From NCBI GenBank assembly GCA_041611735.1, contig JBFIML010000014.1, positions 1-64,000 of the forward strand: DNA of 64,000 nt, written 5' to 3'. The stretch is from Myxococcota bacterium. GTDB lineage: Bacteria > Myxococcota_A > UBA9160 > PR03. A program made the position numbers and the translations under genes. The notes beneath the pieces were generated by a model that saw only the letters and a program-made list of their open reading frames with translations, was not told the origin of the DNA and searched no databases. This document shows, one piece after another, positions 50,462 through 59,793 of this stretch (position 1 is its first letter; every line of letters starts with the position of its first letter).

Positions 50462-51978
50462 CCCGGGACCCGCTCAAGGAGCTCAAGCTCCACAAGTATC
50501 GCCCGCTGCTCCAACCGCGGGCGTTGCGCGATTGCCCGGCGGCCCTGTGCGACGCCGACGGGCACCCGCTGTGGGCGCCGCGCGAGGAGGACGCTCGCGC
50601 GGTGGCGGCCGCCTGCGTGCGGATCTTCGAGCGCGGCTTCGGCTGGGACAGCGAGGACGAGACCCGCCGCGTGGAGCTGGACGGCACCGAGACGCTCTTC
50701 TATCGCCCGGTGCCGGCGGCCGGCGGCCCGCTCGCCTGGCTCGTGCTGCTGGTCCCGGCGGCCCAGCGCGCCACCGGCGCCACGGACCTCGACGCCGTCG
50801 ACGACATCCTGCGCGGCGTCACCGCCTGCCTGGCGGAAGAGCACCGGCTCAACGGAGAGCTCTACGGCCTCGCCGAGGAGCTCTCCCATCGCTACGAAGA
50901 GCTCAACATGCTCTACTCGCTGCGCGAGGGCGTCCCCGAAGAGGGCGATCGCTCGGTGCAGCGCTTCCTGGACGGCTTCGCCGAGCTGATCGACGTGGAC
51001 GTGGCCGCCTTCGTCACCGTCGGGCGCACCCTGCCCATCCACGCCACCAACCTGAGCCGACCAATCCCCAATCTCGACCTGGTGCTGGTGGCCCTGCGCG
51101 GCGACCTGTTCCGCTTCGTGCAGGCGAGCCGCAAGATCCTGGTGCTGAACGCCGAAGACGACCCCCGCCGGGCCTTCGTCTTGACCAACATGCCCTTCAA
51201 GATGCTCGCGTGCCCCCTCGGCGACACCGGGACCGTCGATCACATGCTGGTTCTCCTGCGTCACACGCAACGGCCGGATTTCTCCAACAGCGATCGCAGC
51301 CTGGCCCGCGTGGTCACCGACCAGGTCGGCCTGATGCTCCGCAACCAGTCCATGATGGGTCGCCTGAAGCGCTTCGGCGAGCAGACGGCCGGAGCCCTGA
51401 TCGAGGCGCTGGAGGCGAAGGACCCCTACACGCGCGGGCACTCGGAGCGCGTGCAGATCGTATCCATCGAACTCGGTCGCGCGCTCGGCTTCCAGCCGCC
51501 CGAGCTCGAGGACCTGTTCTGGGGCTCCATCTTCCACGACGTCGGCAAGCTCGGCGTACCGGACGCGATCCTGTGCAAGCCAGGTCGTCTCACCGCGGAC
51601 GAGTACGACTTCATCAAGATCCACCCGGAGCGCAGCTACGAGATTCTGAAGCACGTGGAGTACCTGCGCCAGGACGCTCTGCACGGCGCACGCCACCACC
51701 ACGAGCGCTTCGACGGACTGGGCTACCCACACGGGCTGAGCGGCCGAGCGATCCCCCTGCAAGCGCGCATCATCGCGGTGGCCGACACCTACGACGCGGT
51801 CACGAGCTCGCGCTCCTACCGCGCCGGACGCAGCCACGATGAGGCGATGGCCGTGATCCGCGAGGCGGCGGGCACCCAGCTCGATCCCCAGATCGTGGCC
51901 CGCCTGGAGGAGCTCTGCACCGACGGCCCCCGGTGGCCGGCGCGCGGCAGCCTAGAGACCCTCGTCGGCGATGGCTGA
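50458..51978 (+). CDS. HD-GYP cyclic-dinucleotide phosphodiesterase with N-terminal sensory (GAF-like) region
   Basis: AKDPYTRGHSERV, HDVGK, HHHERFDGLGYP, IAVADTYDA. Confidence 0.92.
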   Translation: MTRDPLKELKLHKYRPLLQPRALRDCPAALCDADGHPLWAPREEDARAVAAACVRIFERGFGWDSEDETRRVELDGTETLFYRPVPAAGGPLAWLVLLVPAAQRATGATDLDAVDDILRGVTACLAEEHRLNGELYGLAEELSHRYEELNMLYSLREGVPEEGDRSVQRFLDGFAELIDVDVAAFVTVGRTLPIHATNLSRPIPNLDLVLVALRGDLFRFVQASRKILVLNAEDDPRRAFVLTNMPFKMLACPLGDTGTVDHMLVLLRHTQRPDFSNSDRSLARVVTDQVGLMLRNQSMMGRLKRFGEQTAGALIEALEAKDPYTRGHSERVQIVSIELGRALGFQPPELEDLFWGSIFHDVGKLGVPDAILCKPGRLTADEYDFIKIHPERSYEILKHVEYLRQDALHGARHHHERFDGLGYPHGLSGRAIPLQARIIAVADTYDAVTSSRSYRAGRSHDEAMAVIREAAGTQLDPQIVARLEELCTDGPRWPARGSLETLVGDG

Positions 51979-54001
51979 GATCTCGCGCTCGCGCATCGGG
52001 GTCGCCACCTACCTGATCCCCGACGGCCCGCTGGTGGAGGAGACGCGCCTGTCGGCGCTCCAGAGCGCCGTGGAGGTCTGCCTGCGCGACCGCGAGTTCG
52101 AGCTGGTGCTCGACCTGGCGGGCGTGTCCCTGGTGAGTGGCGCCGCCCTCGAGCTGCTTCTCGACCTCCAGGACCGGCTGGCTCGCTCGGGAGGCTCGCT
52201 CCGGGTGGCCCACCTGAACCCGGTGCTGACCGACGTCTTCCGCATCACGGGACTGGCGGGACGCATCGCCATCCTCGACCGCAGCGATGCGGTGGAGGCG
52301 GCCGGCGCGCGCCTGGACGGCCGCCCCGCGCGCCGCATCGGCGAGATCCTGTTGGAGAAGGACTTGGTGTCGCCGGAGACCATCGAGAAGGCCCTGGCGC
52401 TGCAACGCCAGACCGGCGGGCGCATGGCCCAGCTCATGGTGGAGCAGGGCTGGCTCGCCGAGAAGGACCTGCTCCAGTCTCTGAGCGAGCAGCTCGGCGT
52501 GCCCTTCGTCTGGCTGCGCCCGGGCGTCTACGACCCGGCGGCGGTGACGACGATCGAGCGCGAGGTCGCGCTGCGGCTGCGGGTGGTACCGCTGTTCCAG
52601 GTCCGCGGGGTGATCCTTCTGGCCACCCCGGATCCCCAGTCGGTGCCTGCCATGGATGCGGTGGAGGACCTGACCGGCTGCAAGGTGAAGCCGGTCCTGG
52701 CCTGCTCGGAGGAGATCCGCACCACGATCGAGGAGGCCCACAGCGGCAAGCAGGACCTGGCCGAGTACATCGGCGACCTCCAGGGCGACCTCGAGCTGGT
52801 GGAGAGCCGCTCCGAAGACGAGGGGTTGATCGATCAGCTCGCCTCCGGCAGCCCCGTCATCAACCTGATCAACGGGGTGATCCAGCGCGCGGTGCGAGAC
52901 GGCGCCAGCGACATCCACATCGAGCCGTCCCGCAGCCGCACCCGCATCCGCCTGCGCGTGGACGGCGTGCTGTATCCGATCATGGCGCCTCCGATCGAGG
53001 TGCACTCGGCCCTGGTCTCGCGCCTCAAGGTGATGGCCAGCCTCGACATCGCCGAGCGCCGCCAACCTCAGGATGGGCGCATCCAGGTAATGACCCAGGG
53101 TCGGGCGGTGGACCTCCGCTTCAGCTCCCTGCCGGGGATCTTCGGCGAGAAGATCGTGCTGCGCGTGCTGGACAAGAACCGCTCCATCCTGGAGGTCGGA
53201 AAGCTCGGGCTGGCAACCCACAACGAGGAGCGCTTCAAGCGCCTCTTGAGCCGCAGCTACGGCCTGCTCCTGGTCACGGGACCGACCGGGAGCGGCAAGA
53301 CGACGACTCTCTACGCGGCCGTGAATCATCTGACCAGCGACGAGAGGAACATCGTCACCATCGAAGACCCGGTCGAGTACCAGATCGATGCCATCAACCA
53401 GAACCAGGTCCGGGACCAGATCGGCCTCAGCTTCGCCAAGATGTTGAAGCACGTGCTGCGTCAGGATCCCGACGTGATCATGGTGGGCGAGATCCGGGAG
53501 CGCGAGACCGCGGAGATCGCGGTGCAGGCCGCCCTCACCGGGCACCTGGTGCTCTCCACCCTGCACACCAACGACAGCATCGGTGCAATGACGCGGATGC
53601 TCGACATGGGTGTCGAGCCCTTTCTGCTCTCGTCGGCGCTGGTGGGTGTGGTGGCCCAACGGCTGCTGCGCCGGGTCTGCTCGGAGTGCGAGACCAGCTA
53701 CGTGGCTCCGCCGGAGCTGCTGGAGCCCTACGGCATCCACCGCGGCGAGAAGATGCGTCTCAAGCGGGGACGCGGCTGCTCGGCCTGCTACGACTCCGGC
53801 TACCGGGGCCGCATGGCGATCCACGAGCTGCTGGAGAGCGACGCCGAGCTGCAACGCCTGGTGGTGGCGAACCCCTCCCGGGACCAGCTCGAGCAGTACA
53901 TGCGGAGCAGGCAGCTGAAGACGCTCCTGCACGACGGCGTGGAGCGCGCCCTCCAGGGCCAGACGACCCTCGAGGAGGTCCTGCGCGTGGTGAACGCGTG
54001 A
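51971..54001 (+). CDS. GspE/PilB-family assembly ATPase with N-terminal STAS and MshEN-like domains
   Basis: STAS (LVLDLAGV...VFRITGL), RIGEILL...LALQ, ASDIHIEP, GPTGSGKTTT, LRQDPD, CSEC/CSAC. Confidence 0.92.
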   Translation: MAEISRSRIGVATYLIPDGPLVEETRLSALQSAVEVCLRDREFELVLDLAGVSLVSGAALELLLDLQDRLARSGGSLRVAHLNPVLTDVFRITGLAGRIAILDRSDAVEAAGARLDGRPARRIGEILLEKDLVSPETIEKALALQRQTGGRMAQLMVEQGWLAEKDLLQSLSEQLGVPFVWLRPGVYDPAAVTTIEREVALRLRVVPLFQVRGVILLATPDPQSVPAMDAVEDLTGCKVKPVLACSEEIRTTIEEAHSGKQDLAEYIGDLQGDLELVESRSEDEGLIDQLASGSPVINLINGVIQRAVRDGASDIHIEPSRSRTRIRLRVDGVLYPIMAPPIEVHSALVSRLKVMASLDIAERRQPQDGRIQVMTQGRAVDLRFSSLPGIFGEKIVLRVLDKNRSILEVGKLGLATHNEERFKRLLSRSYGLLLVTGPTGSGKTTTLYAAVNHLTSDERNIVTIEDPVEYQIDAINQNQVRDQIGLSFAKMLKHVLRQDPDVIMVGEIRERETAEIAVQAALTGHLVLSTLHTNDSIGAMTRMLDMGVEPFLLSSALVGVVAQRLLRRVCSECETSYVAPPELLEPYGIHRGEKMRLKRGRGCSACYDSGYRGRMAIHELLESDAELQRLVVANPSRDQLEQYMRSRQLKTLLHDGVERALQGQTTLEEVLRVVNA

Positions 54002-54008
54002 GGGCGCC

Positions 54009-55124
54009 ATGCCCCTCGAGATCCCTTCGGCCGCCGCGCCGGCGCCGCGCTCCGGCTCGGCCCGGCGCCCGGCCGCTTCGCGCCGTGCCCGGTTCGGCGC
54101 GAAGGAGCGCATGTTCTTCACCGAGCGCCTCGCCCTCCTGCTCGACACCGGCGTCCCCCTGCACGCGAGCCTGGAGACCCTGAGCCGCCAGGCGCAGGAT
54201 GCGGAGACGCGCCGCATCTTCGGCAGCGTGGCCGACGACGTGGCCTCCGGCCTCTCCTTCGCGCGCGCCCTGGGCCGGCATCCGGGAGCCTTCCCGTCCA
54301 CCTACGTAAATCTCGTGGATGCCGCGGAGCGGGGCGGCTTCCTGCCCCGGGTCCTCGAGCGGCTGCGCGCCATGGACGAGCGCCGCGAGGAGCTGCGCTC
54401 GGTCCTGTGGGCCGCCTTCTCGTACCCGGTCTTCCTGGTGTTCTTCTCGACCGCCGTGGTGGTCTTCGTGCTGGTGGTCGTGTTCCCGAAGTTCGCGGAT
54501 CTCTTCCAGGAGATCCGGGACGCCCTGCCGCCCACGACGCGTCTGTTCATGGCCCTGAGCGACCTGCTGCGTCACCAGTGGCCCTTCGTGCTCGGCGGGC
54601 TCGCTGCCGCCGGGGCCGGCCTGCTGGCCTGGCTGAGACGGCCGCAGGGGGCGGAGTTCGCGGAGCGCGTGCTGCTCGGAACCCCCGGCCTGCGCACCGT
54701 GGTGGTCGAGCTCCAGCTCGTGCAGTTCCTGAGCGTGATGAGCCTTTCGCTCGGGAACGGCGTCCCGATGCTCGACGCCCTGCGCGCCTGCCGGGAGATC
54801 GTGCCCGGCCGCCGCTTCCGGCGCTTCGTGGAGCGGCTCGAAACCAGCGTCACGGAGGGGCGCGGCGTCAGCCCGGCGTTCCAGAGCGAGAGGTTCCTGC
54901 CGGCCCTGGTGCCGCAGATGATCGGGACCGCCGAGGAGAGCGGAAGCCTGGCCGCCGTGATGGGGCGGGTCGCCGACTTCTACGAGCGCGAGCTTCGCAA
55001 GCGGCTCCAGACCCTGGCCAAGATCGTGGAGCCGGCGCTGCTCGTGGTGATGGGGGCGGTGGTGGGGCTGATCGTGGCCTCCCTGATCCTGCCCATCTTC
55101 AAGCTGTCCCGGACCGTTCGCTGA
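54009..55124 (+). CDS. GspF/PilC-family inner membrane platform protein
   Basis: LLDTGVPL, AERGGFL, YP, VFPKF, AEESGSL and IVEP motifs. Confidence 0.92.
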   Translation: MPLEIPSAAAPAPRSGSARRPAASRRARFGAKERMFFTERLALLLDTGVPLHASLETLSRQAQDAETRRIFGSVADDVASGLSFARALGRHPGAFPSTYVNLVDAAERGGFLPRVLERLRAMDERREELRSVLWAAFSYPVFLVFFSTAVVVFVLVVVFPKFADLFQEIRDALPPTTRLFMALSDLLRHQWPFVLGGLAAAGAGLLAWLRRPQGAEFAERVLLGTPGLRTVVVELQLVQFLSVMSLSLGNGVPMLDALRACREIVPGRRFRRFVERLETSVTEGRGVSPAFQSERFLPALVPQMIGTAEESGSLAAVMGRVADFYERELRKRLQTLAKIVEPALLVVMGAVVGLIVASLILPIFKLSRTVR

Positions 55125-55150
55125 CCCCCTGGGGACGCCCACTCACCGGC

Positions 55151-55178
55151 TCAAGTCGCGCCCGACCAGGGCCGATAG
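55151..55178 (+). promoter_or_regulatory. sigma28-like promoter upstream of the pilin gene
   Basis: TCAAG-N15-GCCGATAG, close to the FliA/SigD consensus. Confidence 0.55.
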
Positions 55179-55229
55179 GCAGGGGGCTCCGGCGCCTGCA
55201 GGCCGCCGGCAACAGGATGGGAAGGAGCC

Positions 55230-55733
55230 ATGAAGCAGATCGAGATCCTCCGGCGCCGCGAGCGCGGCTTCACCCTGGTCGAGCTGCTGATCGTCGTGAT
55301 CATCCTCGCAATCCTGGCGGCGATCGTGGTGCCCCAGTTCACGGCCTCCACCAGCGACGCCCGCGAGGCGGCGGTCGACAGCACGCTGCAGAACATGCGC
55401 TCCGCCATCGACCTGTACCGGCAGCAGCACGACGCCTACGCGGCGAACGGGGCCGACGTGACCGATCAGGCCGCGGCCACCACGCTCTTCTTCGACCACA
55501 TGCTCAAGTACACCAACGAGACCGGGGGCGTCAGCGCCACCAAGAACGCGGCTTTTCCCTACGGCCCCTACCTGCGCAAGAAATCGCTTCCCAGCGTGAA
55601 GGGCAGCGAAACCCTCGTGATCAGCAATAGCACCACCGTGCCCCTCGACGTCTCCACGGGGACCGGCGGCTGGATCTACTCCTGGGAAACCGGCCAGTTC
55701 ATGGCCAACCATCCCGACTACCAGGATCGCTGA
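55230..55733 (+). CDS. Type IV pilin / GspG-like major (pseudo)pilin
   Basis: RG|FTLVELLIVVIILAILAAIVVP prepilin motif with Glu5; AAGGAG ribosome-binding site. Confidence 0.93.
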   Translation: MKQIEILRRRERGFTLVELLIVVIILAILAAIVVPQFTASTSDAREAAVDSTLQNMRSAIDLYRQQHDAYAANGADVTDQAAATTLFFDHMLKYTNETGGVSATKNAAFPYGPYLRKKSLPSVKGSETLVISNSTTVPLDVSTGTGGWIYSWETGQFMANHPDYQDR

Positions 55734-55853
55734 TCGGGGTCGAGACGTGTTGTGCGCGCGACCGCCGTCCGCAGGAGGCTGGCATGACACGGAGGGCGCT
55801 CGCGTTCCCTGACGGCGCAGCCCGCGCGACGCGGGCCGGACCCGGGTGGGATC

Positions 55854-57083
55854 ATGCCGGCTGACTCCTCCCCGGATGCATCGTCCGAGACCCAGCCGCA
55901 GGCCGCCGGCCTGTTGCGGCCCCTGTTCCACGCCTGGTCCACCACCCGCTTCGCAGCCGACGACCTGAGCTCCTACGCCGAGCGCCTCATGATCGAGGAG
56001 ACGCGCCGCGGCCTGATCGCCATGGCGGCGGTCTTCCTGATCCTGCTGGCGGCCTTCGCCCTGGTCTCCGCCCGGCTCGAACTGGATCGCTCCTACGTGT
56101 ACACGAGCGCGGCCCTGGGCGCCCTGGCCATCCACGTGTGTTTCGCAGCCCGGGCCATCCACGAGATCCGCACCCTCCACGTGCTGGGCATGACGCTGCT
56201 GGTCATCAGCGGCTCCTCCTTCGTCCTGCTGGCCCACCGCGCGGGCGGCTTCGGGGCGGCCCTCTTCAGCGCGGTGGTTTTGCTCTACATGGTGGTCCCC
56301 ATGGTGCCGTGGGGGCTGCGGGAAGCCTCCATCGTCACCATGCTGATCTACGGACTCTTCTCCTCCTCCATCTGGAGCGTGGCGGAGCGCTTCGATGCCC
56401 AGACCGCGTGGGCGCTCCAGGTCTTCATGCTGACCGCCGGGGCCGTGAGCCTCACGCTGGTCGCGCGCGGGGCGAACGTGCGTAAGGCCGACATCCGCGC
56501 CCGCTTCGATCTGGAGAGTGCGCACCGGGAGCTCGAGCGCCTGAGCCGGGAGGACCCGCTCACCGGCGCCTGGAACCGCCGCTTCCTCGAGTCGGAGTTC
56601 CCGGCCTTGCTGGAGCGGCTGCGCAAGGCGCAGCACAACGGCTACTTCGCCCTGCTGGACCTGGACCACTTCAAGCAGCTGAACGACACCTGCGGGCACG
56701 CCCACGGCGACCGCGTGCTGCAGCTCGTCGGACAGGTCTTCCGGGAGCACGTGGCGGAGACGGGGCACCTGGTCCGGACCGGCGGCGACGAGTTCACCCT
56801 GCTCACCGAGGGAGAGGATCCGGAGCCCACCATCGCCGAGGCCGTCGAGGCGGTGCGGGAGGCTGCCGGCGGGGGCCCCGGCGCCCCGCCCTTCTCCATC
56901 AGCGTGGGTCTCGTCGTGCTGCCGCCCGGGGCCACGGTCAGCCTCGAGCGGGCCTATCGCCGTGCCGACCAGGCCTTGTATCGGGCCAAGGCGCGGCGCG
57001 ACCCTCAGGCGGGGAGCAGCCGCGTGGTCCGCGTCGGCTTGTCCGCCCGCTCGGCGTCTCTCCCGGCAGGCGAAATTCGATGA
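55854..57083 (+). CDS. Membrane-bound diguanylate cyclase
   Basis: About six TM segments, DPLTGAWNRR, DLDHFKQLND, RTGGDEF, SVG, ADQALYRAK. Confidence 0.92.
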   Translation: MPADSSPDASSETQPQAAGLLRPLFHAWSTTRFAADDLSSYAERLMIEETRRGLIAMAAVFLILLAAFALVSARLELDRSYVYTSAALGALAIHVCFAARAIHEIRTLHVLGMTLLVISGSSFVLLAHRAGGFGAALFSAVVLLYMVVPMVPWGLREASIVTMLIYGLFSSSIWSVAERFDAQTAWALQVFMLTAGAVSLTLVARGANVRKADIRARFDLESAHRELERLSREDPLTGAWNRRFLESEFPALLERLRKAQHNGYFALLDLDHFKQLNDTCGHAHGDRVLQLVGQVFREHVAETGHLVRTGGDEFTLLTEGEDPEPTIAEAVEAVREAAGGGPGAPPFSISVGLVVLPPGATVSLERAYRRADQALYRAKARRDPQAGSSRVVRVGLSARSASLPAGEIR

Positions 57084-58192
57084 CGACGGCCACGCTCTGG
57101 AGCGCGCTGCGTCGACGCCTGGACCCCGGCGGCCGCGCTCCCATCGGCCTCGTCCTGGACGGGAATCGCATCGAGCTCCTCCAGCTCGAAGGCTCGCCGC
57201 AGCAGCCGCGCGTGCGGGCCTGCCTGACCCTGGACCGAGCCGACGGCGGAGAGCTCCTCCCCAGCCGCGATGCCCTGCGAAGCCTGCTCGGCCCGCGCCT
57301 GCGCCAGACGGGCTTCCGGGGGCGCCGCACGGTCACAGCCATGCCGGCGAGCCAGGTCAAGCTCATGGTGGTGAACTACGGCCTCGAGTCGAACCGCGAC
57401 GAGGCGGAGCTCATCCTGCGTCTGGTCGCCGAGCGGGTGCCGCAGCCCCTCGCGCAGTGCGTGGTGGACTACCTGCCGATCCGCACCGCCAGCGAGAGCG
57501 AGAAGTCGGCGCTGGTGGCCGTGGCCCAGCGCGAGAACGTGATCGGCTATCTGGAGCTCTTGCGCGCGGCCGGGCTTCAGGTGGAGGCGCTCGAGATCGA
57601 GCCGGTCGCCATGCGCCGCCTCGTGATGCGGCTCTCCCAGGACGAAGCGAAGGAGAACATCCTGGTCCTCAACGGGGGCGCGACCCGTAGTGACCTCACC
57701 GTGTTCTGGGGGCGGCGCCTGATCCTCTACCGGGAGCTGGAGTTCGGCGAGTCGCGAGCCGTCGAGCGTCTGAGCCGGACGCTCGAGATGAGCCCCGAGT
57801 CGGCGGTTTCGGTGCTGCGGGAGTACGGCTTCCGGTCGCCGGTATCGCCAGCGGACCTCGGGGGCGGTCCTCCGCCCCACGAGATCAGCCAGGCGGTGCG
57901 CGAGATCCTGAAGGCCGAGTTCGACCGGGTGGCCGAATCGGTGCGCAACGCCCTGGCCTACACCGCCTCCCGCACGCGCGGCGGGGCCGTGGACGCCGTC
58001 TACCTGGTGGGGAGCATCGTGCGCTGGCCCGAGGTGGAGCACGTGCTGCAGGAGCGCCTCGCGCTCCCGGTCGAGATCCTGGATCCGCGCGCGGCCTTCG
58101 ATCCGAGTCGCGCCGAGCTGGGCTCTGCGGCGCCGGCGCCCTCGGCAATCGTGGCGGGCCTGGCCCTGCGAGGGGTCGGCCATGAGTCATGA
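57080..58192 (+). CDS. PilM-like protein
   Basis: PIGL N-terminus, VDY, AGLQVEALEIEP, VYLVG, AGLALRG; first gene of the M-N-O-P-Q order. Confidence 0.8.
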   Translation: MTTATLWSALRRRLDPGGRAPIGLVLDGNRIELLQLEGSPQQPRVRACLTLDRADGGELLPSRDALRSLLGPRLRQTGFRGRRTVTAMPASQVKLMVVNYGLESNRDEAELILRLVAERVPQPLAQCVVDYLPIRTASESEKSALVAVAQRENVIGYLELLRAAGLQVEALEIEPVAMRRLVMRLSQDEAKENILVLNGGATRSDLTVFWGRRLILYRELEFGESRAVERLSRTLEMSPESAVSVLREYGFRSPVSPADLGGGPPPHEISQAVREILKAEFDRVAESVRNALAYTASRTRGGAVDAVYLVGSIVRWPEVEHVLQERLALPVEILDPRAAFDPSRAELGSAAPAPSAIVAGLALRGVGHES

Positions 58193-58829
58193 CATCGACC
58201 TGATCCCGGCGGACTACCGGGCGTGCCTGCGCTCCCGGGAGTGGCTGCGGCGCATCGGCTTCGCCTACCTCGCGCTGGGGCTCGGCCTCGGACTGGCGCG
58301 GGCCGGCGTGGCCTGGGAGACCCACGGACGCAGCCGCGAGAATGCCCGCATGGAGGCGGTGGCCGCCGCAGCGCAGGAGCGGCGCGCGCACCTGGAGGGT
58401 CTGCGCCAGCGGCGCAGCGAGCTCGAGAAGCAGCTCGCCCTGCTCGAGGGGCTGCGCGGCGGGGTCGAAGCGCGCCGCATGCTCCAGGCCGTCGATCGCG
58501 CCCTCGACGAGAACGTCTGGTTCGTCGACTGGAAGTTCCGCCGCGCCGGAGCGCTCGTCGACCGGGAACCGAACGCCGTCGCCACCGGCTACTTCCTGGT
58601 CGTGCCGGCCGGCAAGAAGGAAGAAGGACCCAAGGCCTGGCGCATGGACACCCACATGGAGATTCGCGCGCGGGCCGTGGACCACTCGAGCCTGGCGAAC
58701 TTCGTGAGCCGGCTGGTGGCGCAGCCGGAGGTGGAGAGCGTCCGCGTGCTGAACACGCGGGTGCGCCCGTATCTCGAGGCGCAGGCCGTCGAGTTCGAGC
58801 TGGCGGTGGTGGTGAGGGGAAGGGCGTGA
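58182..58829 (+). CDS. PilN-like protein
   Basis: IDLIP (INLLP-like) motif, TM, coiled coil, VWF. Confidence 0.8.
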   Translation: MSHDIDLIPADYRACLRSREWLRRIGFAYLALGLGLGLARAGVAWETHGRSRENARMEAVAAAAQERRAHLEGLRQRRSELEKQLALLEGLRGGVEARRMLQAVDRALDENVWFVDWKFRRAGALVDREPNAVATGYFLVVPAGKKEEGPKAWRMDTHMEIRARAVDHSSLANFVSRLVAQPEVESVRVLNTRVRPYLEAQAVEFELAVVVRGRA

Positions 58830-59398
58830 CGGCCCCCTGGCTGGAGCAGCTGCAGGTGCGACCCGAGGCCCTCTTGGCCTCGCTGGCGGCAGGCGCCGTG
58901 ATGCTGGGGCTCACGGGCTACCTCTACGTGCTCCAGCCCGCCCTGCGCGAGCTCCGCGAGCTCCGGGAGCAGGGCAGCGGAGCGCTGCTTGCCGAAGGCG
59001 TGGTGGCCGAGGTGGGCGCAGCGTCCATCGAGCGTCTCGAGCGGGAGGTCGAGGCGGTCCGCGAGCGGCTCTATGGAGCCTCCGGCCAGGTGGCCCCGGA
59101 CCGCATGGAGGCCTGGGTGATCAACGGCCTCGATCGCCTCTCGCTCCGCCACGGGGTACAGCTGGTGAGCGTCGCGCCGGAAGGGCCGAGGCCGGTGCTC
59201 GTCTTCGACGAGCTTCCGGTGCAGGTGCACGTGCAGGCCGGGTACTTCGATCTCTTCGCCTGGCTCACCGACGTGGAGCAGGAGCTGCGTCCGCTGGTGG
59301 TGAAGGAATTCGCCTTGAGCGGTACGGGCGAGCCGGGTCGCGTGTCGTTGCAGTTGCGTCTGGTCTCGTTCCGACCGCGGAGCGAAGGGGCGTCATGA
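58826..59398 (+). CDS. PilO/GspM-like protein
   Basis: TM, coiled coil, ELPVQV...GYFDLFAWL. Confidence 0.78.
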   Translation: MTAPWLEQLQVRPEALLASLAAGAVMLGLTGYLYVLQPALRELRELREQGSGALLAEGVVAEVGAASIERLEREVEAVRERLYGASGQVAPDRMEAWVINGLDRLSLRHGVQLVSVAPEGPRPVLVFDELPVQVHVQAGYFDLFAWLTDVEQELRPLVVKEFALSGTGEPGRVSLQLRLVSFRPRSEGAS

Positions 59399-59793
59399 CG
59401 GGCGGACCCACGAAGCTCGGCGCCGTGCTGCTGGCGCTGGGGCTCTTCTCCCTGCCCGGGCGGGCGGAGGATGCCGCGCCGGCAACGGGTGCCCCGGGGC
59501 TTCCCGCCGAGCCGATTCCGATGCTGCGCTTCAACCCCTTCGTCCCGCCCGCCGTGCTGGGGCGCGGCGGGGGCGAAGTGGCCGGCGCGCCGGGCTTCGG
59601 CGCTTTCCCGCGGCTTACCGGGACGCTGGTGGCGGGCCCCCAGTCGCTGGCCAACCTGGGCGGATGGATCCTCGGCCTCGGGGAGGAGGCTCACGGCTAC
59701 CGGCTGGTCGAGGTGCGCGAGGGCGAAGCGGTCTTCGAGCGGGACGGTCGTCCGCTGGTGCTGCGTGTGGACGACGAGGAGGCGGCGCCGTGA
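59395..59793 (+). CDS. PilP/GspC-like protein
   Basis: Signal or TM segment, NPF, LTGTL...A...GEE pattern; sits before the secretin. Confidence 0.65.
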   Translation: MTGGPTKLGAVLLALGLFSLPGRAEDAAPATGAPGLPAEPIPMLRFNPFVPPAVLGRGGGEVAGAPGFGAFPRLTGTLVAGPQSLANLGGWILGLGEEAHGYRLVEVREGEAVFERDGRPLVLRVDDEEAAP

